Shown one piece after another: positions 15,966 to 32,719 of a DNA stretch of 64,000 nt. Made by a program: the position numbers and the translations under genes. Every line of letters starts with the position of its first letter. The stretch's first letter is position 1. The notes below the pieces were generated by a model. The model did no database searches and was not told where the DNA came from. It was given only the letters and a program-made list of their open reading frames with translations. Source of the stretch: the human T2T-CHM13v2.0 reference genome, Homo sapiens; NCBI RefSeq assembly GCF_009914755.1, contig NC_060929.1; one strand, given 5' to 3'.

Positions 15966-17865
15966 GAAGTTTTTATTCTTCCTTTTAATTCTACTTTTTT
16001 AGACTTAAGTGCTCTGTTTTTTGTTTTTATGATGATTTTATTAGTGGTGGATATTGTTGCCTCTAACTGGAGAAAGTGGCCAGGTACTAGTGAGATGCCT
16101 GCACTTTGAGATCTGGATACTTCATCTGTCAGGACTAGTAAAAAGAGGATTTTGCAGTCTTTGGGGCCTATGCTTCACCAGAATTATGCTCCAGGCAGTA
16201 CTAACAGCATTGTGCTGGGTGCAGGAGTGAAGATGGCCTGGTCCTCTAAACCCTTGTCACAGATTGGACAGGAATTCTCTGACTTATGTTACTGCCATAA
16301 CTTTCTAAGCCACAAGAGAAAAGTTGCTTAGCTTTGGTGGGTCACTAGGCTCTAATTGTTTCTAATTTTAGGAGCTTCACAGTAAATCTCTTTCATTTGG
16401 GGAATGAGGGGCTCAAATTAGTAAACTTCAAGAAGGTGGCCAGCTAAATTTGAAGGGCTGATCTTCCAGTGAAGTCAAAAAAAAAAAAAAAAAGTAGAGC
16501 CTGTGTAAGATGGAAAAAAAGAGATGATGGTTGTGATAGAGGTGTTAGAGAGGGAAACATTCATTACCAGAGTAGTTCCAAAAATTTCTAAATTTGTAAA
16601 TCATTAATATATGAAATTGCCTAAGGTTGGTTCACTACTATCAGATTTCCTAAACACTAGTAATTGTTGTATGTGTTTAATATAATAGAGTTAACACAGC
16701 AGAGATGTGTTTGCACAACATACTTAGCTCTGACATATCTGTTGACACCCAAGATACCTGAGCATGAAGGGAAGACTCACCTGGACTGCAATTAGCACTT
16801 GAATAAGTACAGTGTGAGGAGTTGTACTGTCTCATTTACTAAGGGACTGGGGAATCCAGTGGTATGTGAGGAGGTTTCCAGCCCTTGCAATGAACATGTA
16901 AGGGCTATCAAACCACACTTGGGTGAGAATATTGTCACACATATAATAGTTGCAAAATGTACTTAGTTCATATAGACAAGAGCAAGATGGATCAAAAAGA
17001 ATGTCCAGCTGACCAACTCATTCATTTGAATTTCACAAGTCATTGCTTGCCATTGGCTTGCTGAAGTGGATCTCATCAAATATATAGACCCTATTAAGTT
17101 TGAGAGGCTGCCTACCTATTCCTAAGTTGCCTTATATTTCCTTTGCTAGTTTATAACTCACTTTAAGTGTGTCTTTCTAATTTAACAGAACACATCTGTA
17201 TATAACATACAAACCCAACAGGGCACATCTAAACAGAGCACATTTATGCAACTTATTTTTACTTCTTTGGGTAGGTGAATACCTTGGGTGTTGATAGTCC
17301 TGTATGTCTTCCATATGAGTATTTCCTACTCACCCATTCTCAATTTTTACTATAAATTTTTTTATATTTTTAATATGGTGTTTTTTACTTAAGGCTATAT
17401 TACAAATATTCATTATATAATTCATTACATTTCTGAAATTATTTTTGTAGACATAGAATATTTCTTTTTACATATATATTATAATTAATCTTTGGCAAAT
17501 ATTTAGGTTGTTTCTCTGCTTTTATTGTTACATAAGACTGATGTCAATGGTGTTACGAATATTTTTTATGGGTCTTATGGTTGCCTTACAATATATTTCT
17601 GTTACAGAATTACTTTTAATATAAATTCTTAGATATTGTCTTCTGGGAGACTGCATCAATAGATACATCCCCACAGGTGTGAGGATGTTTCCTGCCCTGG
17701 ATTTTGACCAATATTAGATGCTGACTATTTTAAATTGCCATATTGATATATAAAATTAATACATCATTTGGTTGATTTTTGCTTTTTATTTCTTTAAGTA
17801 ATATTAAATATAGTGAGAATGTTTAGGTGATTGAATTTTTCTTTGGAACAACGTAACATTATTTC

Positions 17866-18062
17866 TACTTTGTGTATACATGTGTGTCAAAGTATACACA
17901 TATACATTGTATATATATGCAAAGTATCTATATATACAATGTATATATACACAAAGTATATATACATACAAAGTATATATACAATGTGTATATATATATA
18001 CACAAAGTATATATACTATATATATATAATGAATATATATACAAACTATATATATACACGTG
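17866..18062. repeat. TA-rich minisatellite (units like tacacaaagtatatata / tacaatgtatata)
   Basis: Direct reading. Confidence 0.9.
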
Positions 18063-18111
18063 TTTTAATGATTTTAATGATTAAAACTGTTCTCTATATG
18101 GGGAAGGTAAC

Positions 18112-18705
<594 letters not shown>

Positions 18706-19435
18706 GTAACTTTGCTACGTACAATGCAAATTATTTTCTTATTGTATTTTGTGCCTTTTATTGTAGTATTTAATATTTTGTAATTTTGGTCTTCTTGACC
18801 CATTATTTTTATCTTCATAGTAATCTCATATTCTTTAAAATGTGTTTAATTATCTGAGAAAATATCATGTGTCTATATTCTTATTAGATATTTATGTTTT
18901 TGCTTTCTCTTTTAACATTTAACTGCTTGAGCCAATTGCTGCTTATTTTATATGGTGTGTGTGTGTGTCTGTGTCTCTGTGTGTGTTTTTTTCTAAGGCG
19001 CTTAAGGAGTTTCTCTTCCCAGGAAGAAAATTTTTCTTTTGCATTGATATTTGCCCCTTCATTGTACCAATTTTTCCAAATGTCTATTTGTAAATGTTCT
19101 ATTTCTCCCTATCAAAAAAGCCTACCTCTCCCATTTTTCATCTTCTGATTAGACTCTTTATTATTTTATACCTGAAACACATGGTTTTCAAGTTTGTTCA
19201 CCATTTGGGATTGATAACCACATTGTTGACCAAAATTTCTTTAAGCAATTACATGATTTATATTGGCCAATATATGGCATTTTGGTTCACAGTATGGGAA
19301 ATTCATGTGTGTATTTCAAAAAGCTTTTATTACATTGTACCTGACCTTTCACTTCTAAAATAACCACTCACAACTCCTTTGAGCAACTCAACCTGTTTCA
19401 ACTGATTGCAAAAGAAAAGCTTCTTTTTTAAGCCA

Positions 19436-19741
19436 CTTTTTTTTGTTTGTTTTGTTTTTTGTTTTTTAATTTTTTTTGAGATGGAGTCTTGCTCTGTTGC
19501 CCAGGCTGAGTGCAGTGGCATGATCTTGACTCACTGCAACCTCCACCTCCTGGGTTCAAGCAATTCTCTGCCTCAGCCTCCTGAGTATCTGGGATGACAG
19601 GCTTGGCTAATTTTTGTATTTTTAGTAGAGACAGGGTTTCACCATCTTGACCAGACTGGTCTTGATCTCCTGACCTTGTGATCCACCCGTCTCGGCCTCC
19701 AAAAGTGCTGGGATTACAGGCATGAGCCACCACGCCCAGCT
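19436..19741 (-). mobile_element. AluS (Sg-like) with small internal deletion
   Basis: Alu dimer in reverse orientation, T-rich tail at the left. Confidence 0.96.
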
Positions 19742-19936
19742 AATCTACTGTTTTCTATTCTTTCCTTCTTTTTATCCCCAACCTTTATACTTCATATGTT
19801 CAATTGTAATGAGCTATCTCCAAATTTAGAATTTTCTATGTTTTTTCTCTTTTTCTTAATGCTTTGACAGAGATGTCTCAAAATTGACTCTAAAAAGTGG
19901 AAATCCCAATAACCCTTTTTATCACGGATACTTTTT

Positions 19937-20496
19937 AAGTGAAAGCAAGTTTATTAAAAAGTAAAGGAATTAAAAATAAAGGAATAAAGAATGGCTACTC
20001 TATAGCCAGAGCAGCTGCTTGAGCTGCTTGACTAAGGATACTTATTGCTATTTCTCGATTATATGCTAAACAAGGTGTGGATTATTCATGAGTTTTCCAG
20101 GAAAAGGGTGGGCAATTCGTGGAACTGAGGGTTCCTCCCCTTTTAATACCATATAGGGTAACTTCCTCAAATTGACATGGCATTTGTGAACTGTCATGGA
20201 GCTGCTGGGAGTGTCATTTAGCATTCAAATGTATTATAACTAGCATACAATGAGCCAAGAGGACAACTAGAGGTCACTCTTTTTGCCATCTTGGTTTTCA
20301 TGGGTTTTGGCTGGCTTCTTTACTGCAACCTGTTTTATTAGCAAGGTCTTTATGGCCTGTATCTTGTGTTGACCTCCTATCTCACCCTGTGACTTAGAAT
20401 GCTTAACCTCCTGGGCATGCAGCCCAATAGGTCTCAGCCTTATTTCATCCAGCCCTTATTCAAGATGGAGTGGCTCTGGCTCAAACACCTCTGAGC
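19937..20496 (-). mobile_element. MER41(B-like) 3' LTR, U3-R only (U5 absent)
   Basis: Reverse complement begins tcagaggtgtttgagccagagccactccatcttgaataagggctgg (MER41 5' end) after a PPT (rc agagggggaaaata). Ends 13 nt after AATAAA (19955-19950). Confidence 0.92.
20095..20124. promoter_or_regulatory. Tandem GAS (STAT) motifs in MER41 U3
   Basis: TTCCAGGAA (20095-20103) and TTCGTGGAA (20116-20124), both TTCN3GAA, at the position of the known MER41B tandem STAT1 sites. Confidence 0.6.
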
Positions 20497-23400
20497 TATT
20501 TTCCCCCTCTCTTTTATAAGAGAACCCTTAATCCTAAGGTTTGTAGAGGGATGAAGATTCATCTTCTATAACTTCCTTGGGATGAATAGGGGTGATGATA
20601 TTCCTGCCTAACTATTAGGGTGTCTGGTATTTGGGGCAGAAAGGAGCTCAGTCAGAAAGTGTTGGTATGCTCTGGACATGGTGGCTCACACCCGTAATCC
20701 CAGCACTTTGGGAGGCCAAGGTGGACTGATCATTTGTGGTAAGGAGTTTGAGACCAGCCTGGCCAACATGGTGAAACACCATCTGTACTAAAAATACAAA
20801 ATTAGTGAGGCATGGTGGCAGGTGGCTATAATCCCAGCTACTTAAGTACTTGGGAGGCTGAGGCAAGAGAATCTCTTGAACCTAGGAGGTGGAGGTTGCA
20901 CTGAGCCAAGATCCTGCCATTGCACTCCATCCTGGGTGAAAGAGCAAAACTCTGTCTCAAAAAAAAAAAAGAAAGAAAAGAAAAAGAAAAAACAAAGCAT
21001 CAGTATGTCAATGGCCATTCATAACTCTGAGTTCTGACAAAAGATTATATATGGAATGTTAATAAGTATTGAATATAAGAAAATGTTGAGTAAGCTTATG
21101 CTGCATTCATACAAAAGAGTATAACAGCAATATATTCCACAACAGTAAAGCGAAATTATCTCCAAAAGTAACTAAATTAGAAGGCTTTCCATGAACTGGG
21201 CAATGGTTGGAACCAAGCTGGTACAAGGTTGCTAGCCAATCCCAATATGTGCCCAGAATTAGAATATTGATTTCTTTTTTTTTTTTTTTTTTACATTACC
21301 AATCCCTCTTGTTTCTTCTGAGCAGCAGGCAGAGGTCACCGGCTGGCTCACAAGAATAAGCAAGGTTAGTCTAAATTGCAGGAAAAATCTCAAAAACAAT
21401 TAATGAGACTAGAATCTAATAACAGGTTTACCATAGTTCTTGAAACAATTTTTTTTCTCCCTCTAGTGTCCCATTTTTACTAAAGACAAATCATGGTAAG
21501 ATTGATTAGCTTTATTTATTTGGCCTGATTATTTATACATATATATAAAGTACAGCAAAAATAATTATTTTTCCCATGGGCTTTTAAAATTGGCTTTGAT
21601 GGAAGTTTATTCCATAAGGAATCTCAGACAAGACTTTTTTAAAGCCGAGTCCAGCCATGGGTTTATACCCTCAAGTACCTGTATGAGTTGGGTCAATTCC
21701 TCTCCTCTTGAGGTCCTGAGATAAAATGGGGCTCCTGGACCTATCAGAAATGACATTCTTTATTTAGCACAGCTCAGGAACCCTGTACAGGGACTATGTA
21801 GACAAGATATGAGGCCAGTTGTCCCAGGGGGCTTTTATTGGCTCTACAAGTCAAGTTTGATGCCTTAAAGGAAAGCATGATGTGTGAAGCACCAATCCAG
21901 TCGAAGTCTTGGTAAAATAATCAGTTTCTCCAATTGTGTCCTGTTGTAAAACAAAATACTTTTATTGCACTTATGCAAATAACTATATTGAAATAAGAAT
22001 AGTCACAAATAATTTCCAAATTCTGGGGAAAGCATGTAGAGAGAAACAAATATGCTCCAAATTTTGATCATGAGAGTATAATTTACTCAAATGTTAAAAG
22101 CTGTAAATAGCTCAACAGTTTTCTTGTTTCTGAAAAACAAAACAAAGGATCAATAATGTTTTAAGCAAAAAAAAGTCAAAAAAGGTTACTTCAGTCTTCT
22201 ATTAGTTCAGTTAATGCAGTTAACTCCTGTTATATTGATATTCATATTTCAGTTCTCCATGAGTACTGAAAGTTTATTCCTCTAATCTAATGTCACACTC
22301 TCCAAAGTTATCAGAAACCTGCATTCAAGAGCACCTGTCAAAGTCCTATAGCTTATTATAAACCACCTTTTGAAGAGAATCAAAGCAAGACAATTATTAA
22401 TGAATTTAAAAAATCCGAGTTACGACAGCCACTATTAAAGCCACAATTGACAAAGAAATTTTGATTACTTCTGTGAGATGCAATAATTTTATATAGCAAT
22501 TATAACTATTAATAACATACACTAAGTCATATCAGGATTACAGGAGTTTCTCATAATTTCAGAACATATACCAATAACATATTTTTGCAAATACAGCCCA
22601 AAGAAAGCCAAATACCATTTCGTATTTGACAGTGCTTCCTGTATGTTGTTTACACCAAATAATCCAAATATGTCATTTTTGGACTTTATGGGATCTAATA
22701 TCTAAAATATTAATTAGGTCAGCAAAGATATAATTTATAATTTGATTTTGCAAAGTTTAAAACACTTGATATTATAAAATCAAATCCCAGGTCACCATAT
22801 ATCATTTACTTAGCCAAAATGACAACTCAAAAATTTTTAAAAGGCAGAAACCTTTACTCATAGATAAAGGGAAGAATTAGCTTTCCAAATAATCTGTCTT
22901 TTTTCTTTCCCTTTGTTTTCTATAGTTTATTCAAAAGGCAAACAAAAATCTTTTTCTTAACATAACATGAAAATCATGTTCGAGAAAGATAGCCAATCTC
23001 ACCCTTTGCTTTAGTGCATTATTAATGTCAAACCTAATTCTTAGTAATACCTTATAGACAAATCTATCTAATTTTAATGTCTGACTATAAGGTAAGATTT
23101 TCACAAACATTTTATAATCCTTTACAATGTTTGTTAAAGAGTGGATCATTGCTCTCAGGAAACCCTGTTGTGCTTTTATTCCAATGCTCAAATTACAAAT
23201 AAACTGAATAATACCCCTTTAATTTTAGGCAATATGTTCACACATAGAATTTCTTTTACAAGATTAATTTTTCATGAACCTTCTGCAACTTGTTCAAACC
23301 TTCAGCTTTATCTTCTCTAATGTAAAATGATCATTTAACCCTTTAATCTAGATAGAAAAAATCCACATTACCATGACTTCTTATAATCTTTTAACAAAAA

Positions 23401-25501
23401 CACATTTCACGTTCCTTACAAAACTTGCATGTAAAACAGTTTCTATGTCATAGAGATTACTTAATTAACGTGAACCAAAAAGCATTGCAATTATTTTTTC
23501 TGGTAAAATATTTGAGTTAATCGCTTATTTTAAGCTAATTAATCCAATTAATCAATGCTCTTTCATATCACACACACAACACATATAAATACACAGACAC
23601 ACAGAAGAAGATCCTGTAGTTGTAAGATTTTTTCATTTGCCAGTTTCTTAATTGGATTACTGGCTTCAGGGTGGATCCCTTGGAGGAACAGGGACAGGAA
23701 AGCATGCGATTTCTACAGCCTAATAAGCAGGCACAGCTAGAGGGCAAAACAGATCTCCAAAAGTTAAGGGTCCCATTTTTGTACCAGATCATGGATGTCA
23801 AAAAGAGAAATGCTATGTAACAAGACAGTACAATGATTTTACTGTACAATTCATTGCAAAGCAACCTAAAGCCAATCAGCCTCCTCAGTGATCAGCCCAT
23901 CCCCCATGGGAGTGATAACTCAGTGTGGGGTGGGGACACCTCCATACCTTCCAGGTGACCAAGAGCATGCTTCTCTGATCCTAACGGGCAAAGAGCTGAG
24001 TATCCCTCCATAACTGCCATTATCTATGCCCAAAAGTATATTTCTGACCTAGGTATTACCCACCAAAGCTCTCTCATAATGCAAAATAATTTCTGATACC
24101 TCCGAAAGTCAAAAACATCAGATAATCAATGCAAAACAGAATAGGACCTTAGAGTTTGAGAAGGATCTATCCACTTCCAATTGCTGGATTTTATGAGGAA
24201 AACAGATTTTTCCCAAAACAAGATCTGTGGAAAAACTCCTTGTTTTTCCAAAGAAGTCCCAGGCAGTTAGAGCTTGAATATCAGCTTTTAATTAAGCTGA
24301 CTTTTAACCATAGCACTCTTTTAAAAAGTTCTTTAAATTTCTTACTACCTGATGTTAGCCAGGCTACATGGCTGATATTTCTGACATTTGAACTCTATCA
24401 AAAGCAACCTCACCAATGAGCCTTGACTAAGTTTATGACTTAATCACAAGTATATGAGATATTTTCAAAGAGGTGGTAAGCAGTGTTTACAAGACCTAAA
24501 GGTAGGTCAGAGAAAGGAAAATTGAAGATGGTTCATGCAGTGGAGGAGAATCAACAAATGGTTCACACAGATATCAACGAGAAAATACTTATTCCCTAAG
24601 CCTGGATTGAACCCTGGGCTGCCATTTTAAAAAGGCAAAGCCTTAGCTGCTGAGCTACAGCATTGGGCAGTTTCCAGTGCCATTTTCAGAAGAAGCCTAG
24701 ATCAGCCAATTTTGAGCTTGTGAAGGCTTTCAAATGCTCAAGATAATTTTTAGGGCTAACTAAGACATGAACCCCCAAATTCTTGTCCACTGGATAGTGG
24801 AAACCAAGAGAAAGTACCGCCACATGATTACAAGATCAATCTCCCACAGGCGTTTTTCAACATGTGGTCTCTGGACAAGACAATCACCCTGAGTAACAGA
24901 CAAGATAGGAAAGGTAAAGTAGAGAAAGAAAGAAAAGCATTGCCTCAGCAGGGTGGGAAAGGTGAGGAGCTCAGGCAGGCCAGAGAATGACCCACCCATT
25001 TTAGAGACACTGAATCGAAAGTTCAGGTGGCTGCTTGTTAGCTGTGAAGGGACATTTGCAAGCAGTCCTGTCAGCTCTCAAATTTCCCCTTTTAGGGAGG
25101 AAAAAGCTCCCCATGTCCCACAATCCTGTAAATACCTAATTCTGTCACGCACAGTCATCAGCAAAGAGTGCAAGACAGATTAATCCAAAGAGAATAGCAA
25201 TTAACATCCCATAGTGTCAAACCTGTTCTTAGGAGCAGGGACTTTCCTCATGGCAGGTGGGTTCTAACCCCCTCAATCTTAGGAAGGACTCTAACCTTCC
25301 TAATTTGAGCCTCAAACCCACCTTTTTTCAAGAGGGGCCTTTAAAACTCTCTGTCTTAGGAGAGACTCTTAACTCCTCTTAAGTTGGGCCTCTAATGAAA
25401 TCCCATCACCGCTTACCCAAAGTCAGCCAATTTGTACTGCAGTCTATTTCCTTTGGGTCAGGGGTCTCCTCATATCATCTCTTCAGGATTCACCAGGAAG
25501 A
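20497..25501 (-). mobile_element. MER41/MER4-group internal sequence (non-coding)
   Basis: Lies between the two MER41 LTR parts. PBS-region text (rc taacatcttcctggtga) at the right end, PPT at the left end. No gag/pol/env ORFs in the track. Confidence 0.85.
20671..20993 (+). mobile_element. AluS inserted in the MER41 internal region
   Basis: Full dimer. TSD aaagtgttggtatg (20656-20669) / aaagcatcagtatg (20994-21007). Confidence 0.95.
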
Positions 25502-25662
25502 TGTTACTGGAAAGGAAAGGGGTCCTGATCCAGACCTAGAAAGAGGGTTCTTAGATCTCATCCAAGAAAGGATTTGAGGTGAATCCATAGGGTAAAGTGA
25601 AAGCAAGTTTATTAACAAAGTAAAGGAATAAAGAATGGCTATTCCATAGGCAGAGTGTCCTG
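25502..25662 (-). mobile_element. MER41 5' LTR, R-U5 only (U3 absent)
   Basis: Reverse complement reads ctctgcctatggaatagccattc...aataaacttgctttcacttt...gaaccctc...ggacccctttcc...agtaaca, i.e. the MER41 3' terminus. Similarity stops at ~25660. Confidence 0.9.
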
Positions 25663-25895
25663 ATCACTGTCCCTTTTTAATGGCATGTGTAAATAGAAAG
25701 GGGAAAGTAAATCAATATATCATTTTACATAAAATACTACAAATGAAATTATCATGCTATAACTAAGTAATAATAAATATTAGAAAGACAGATACATTTA
25801 GGTACTAGCTAAAGTCCTTCATTAATTTTTCTATTTTGAAACTCATTTAAATCTATTATCTTTCTATTTATGGTTTTCCATCTACTATTGCCAAT

Positions 25896-25917
25896 TGTGT
25901 GTGTGTGTGTGTGTGTG
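25896..25917. repeat. (TG)11 microsatellite
   Basis: Direct reading. Confidence 0.9.
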
Positions 25918-26619
25918 CTCATGTGAATTTAATATGCTTTTACTAATTGATCAACCTCAATTGGCCCTAAGTCTCTGTTACCTTGGTGTTGCATCATCTT
26001 AATTTCTGTAGATTTATCAAGGTTTTAGGATATACAAATTAATATTGTTAGTTGTCAAAGAAATATGAAGATTATAATTTGAGAACTGTCTTTTAGATAA
26101 AGAACTTAGAAAAAATTGGTATCAGTCTATGTAATTTGTTTCATTTTGCCTAAACTGTAGTGCATAAAAATCTATTCACGAAGTGCAAATTCAAAGTCAG
26201 ATAATAACATATTTATATTACATTTTCCTAGCACATTAACCCTGTGGGTACCATTGTCAGCAATTTCCAGATTGATTAGAAACATCCTCACAAAAACTTG
26301 AAAATTGAAAAATAATTTGTGATGCCATTATGCTATTGTTTGTCTCATACATTGTATTGTACTGATATTTAGTAACTCATTGATTTCTGAAACATCTAAC
26401 TTACTAAATTCAATACTTTTTTAAAAAATTAGTTTTGATAATTTCTTATCTGGGTTTTTTTTTGGATAGATAATCAGTCTATAATGCTTCTTACCTTTCA
26501 ATGGTTATATTATCTTTTGTTTACAAAAATTAATATCTCCCCATCCCACAAGCCTATCAGAGCTAGCATAAGCAAAATGAGACCTAGGGTATATTGTAAT
26601 AAGTCCCCAACTACTTTTC

Positions 26620-26942
26620 TCTCTTTCTTCTTTTTTTTTTCTTTTTTTGAGACAGAGTTTCACTCCTGTTACCAAGGCAGGAGTGCAATGGCATGATCTC
26701 GGCTCACTGGTTCACCTTGGCTCACTCTGCCTCCCAGATTCAAAAGATTTTCTTGCCTTGGCCGCCCAAGTAGCTGGGATTACAGGAGCCTGCCACCACA
26801 CCTGGCTAATTTTTTCTTTTTTAGTAGAGATGGGGTTTCACCATGTGGGTCAGGCTGGTCTCGAACTCCTGGCCTAAGATGATCCACCTGCCTTGACCTT
26901 CCAAAGTGCTGGGATTACAGATGTGAGCCATGACAGCCAGTC
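26620..26942 (-). mobile_element. AluS with local rearrangement (ggctcact duplicated ~26701-26727)
   Basis: Reverse-orientation Alu dimer. Confidence 0.95.
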
Positions 26943-27438
26943 TATTTATTTATTTAGCCTCATGATACATTATTGCTCATTGTCATTTTTTAACATTTAT
27001 GTCATTTTATTTCTAATGTGTTTTCTATAAATAGCATATAGGTGTATTTAGGGTTTTGAGTGAAGTTGAAATTTTTAATTTATAATGTATGTGTTAATCC
27101 TTTAATATTTATTTTCACAACCAATATGTTGCATGTAATGCATATCATAAATTATACACAATTCTATTTGGCATAATTTATTTTCAGAAATCATAATCGA
27201 GCTCAAATATTTCTTTCTTTATTTGTTATACTGATTTGATTGAAATAGATCCTGACTCGTTCTCTTAGTGATTAACCTTTCATTAAAATTTTCAAACAAT
27301 AGAAACTACAAAGCCACCAGCTAACAATTTCATGATAAGATTAAAACCGCATATGTCAATATTAACCTTGAATGTAAATGGTTGAAATGTCTCACTTAAA
27401 AGGCACAGAGTGGTAAGTTGGATAAAAAAAACAAGAAC

Positions 27439-27807
<369 letters not shown>

Positions 27808-28104
27808 TCAATCTCACACATAATGAAACACATAGACTCAAAGTAAATGATTGAAGTAAGATCTGCCACACAAATCGAAAACAAAAATATTCTGACATCA
27901 AACAGACTTTCAGCCAACAGTAAAAAAGGATAATGAAAGGCATTACAAAATGATAAAGGATTCAGTCCAACAAGAAGATTTAATTATCCTAAATAAATAC
28001 ACACCCAACACTGAAGTACCCACATTCATAAGACAAGTATTCTAGACCTAATAGACCCTTGACCAATTGGACCTAATAGACTTCTACAGAATATTCTTCC
28101 CATC

Positions 28105-28389
28105 CACTGGGCATGGTGGCTCATGCCTATAATCCCAGCATTTTGGAGGCCGAGGCGAGCAGATCACTAGGTCAGGGGTTAGAGACTAGCCTGACCTATA
28201 TAGTGAAACCTCATCTCTACCAAAAATAGCTGGGCATGGTGGTGCGGGGCTGTAATCACAGGTACTGAGGAGATGGAAGCAGAAGAATCGCTTGAACCCG
28301 GGAGGCAGAGGTTGCAATGAGCTGAGGTCGCACCACTGCACTATAGCCTGGGCAACAGGAGCGAAACTCCATCAACAACAACAAAAAAA
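28105..28389 (+). mobile_element. Diverged AluS in the old L1
   Basis: Alu dimer with shortened linker and (CAA)n tail. Confidence 0.93.
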
Positions 28390-28825
28390 GAATACTCTGC
28401 TAATCAATCAGAATATGCATTCTTCTCAGCTTCATGCAGAACATGCTCTAAGATCAACCACATGCTCAACCATAAAGCAAGTCTCAAAAAAAAATTTAAA
28501 AATGTAAGTAATAACAACCACACTCCTATAACACAGTGGAATAAAAATAGAAATCAATACCAAGAAGATCTCTAAAAAATATACAAATACATGGAAACTA
28601 AAAGACTTACTCTTTTTTTTTAATATACTTTAAGTTTTAGGGTACATGTGCACAATGTGCAGGTTTGTTACATATGTATACATGTGCCATATTTGTGTGG
28701 TGCACCCATTAACTCATCATTTAGCATTAGGTATATCTTCTAATGCTATCTCTCCCCACTTCCCCCACCCCACGACACCCTGGTGTGTGATGTTCCCCCT
28801 TCCTGTGTCCATGTGTTCTCATTGT

Positions 28826-32652
<3,827 letters not shown>

Positions 32653-32719
32653 TATGATGTTAGCTGGTGATTTTGCTCGTTAGTTGATGCAGTTTCTTCC
32701 TGGCCTCGATGGTCTTTCC

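Noticed and set aside
20497-25501. Coding gag/pol/env in the MER41 internal region
   Set aside because: Only short ORFs (about 100 aa or less) with no retroviral motifs.
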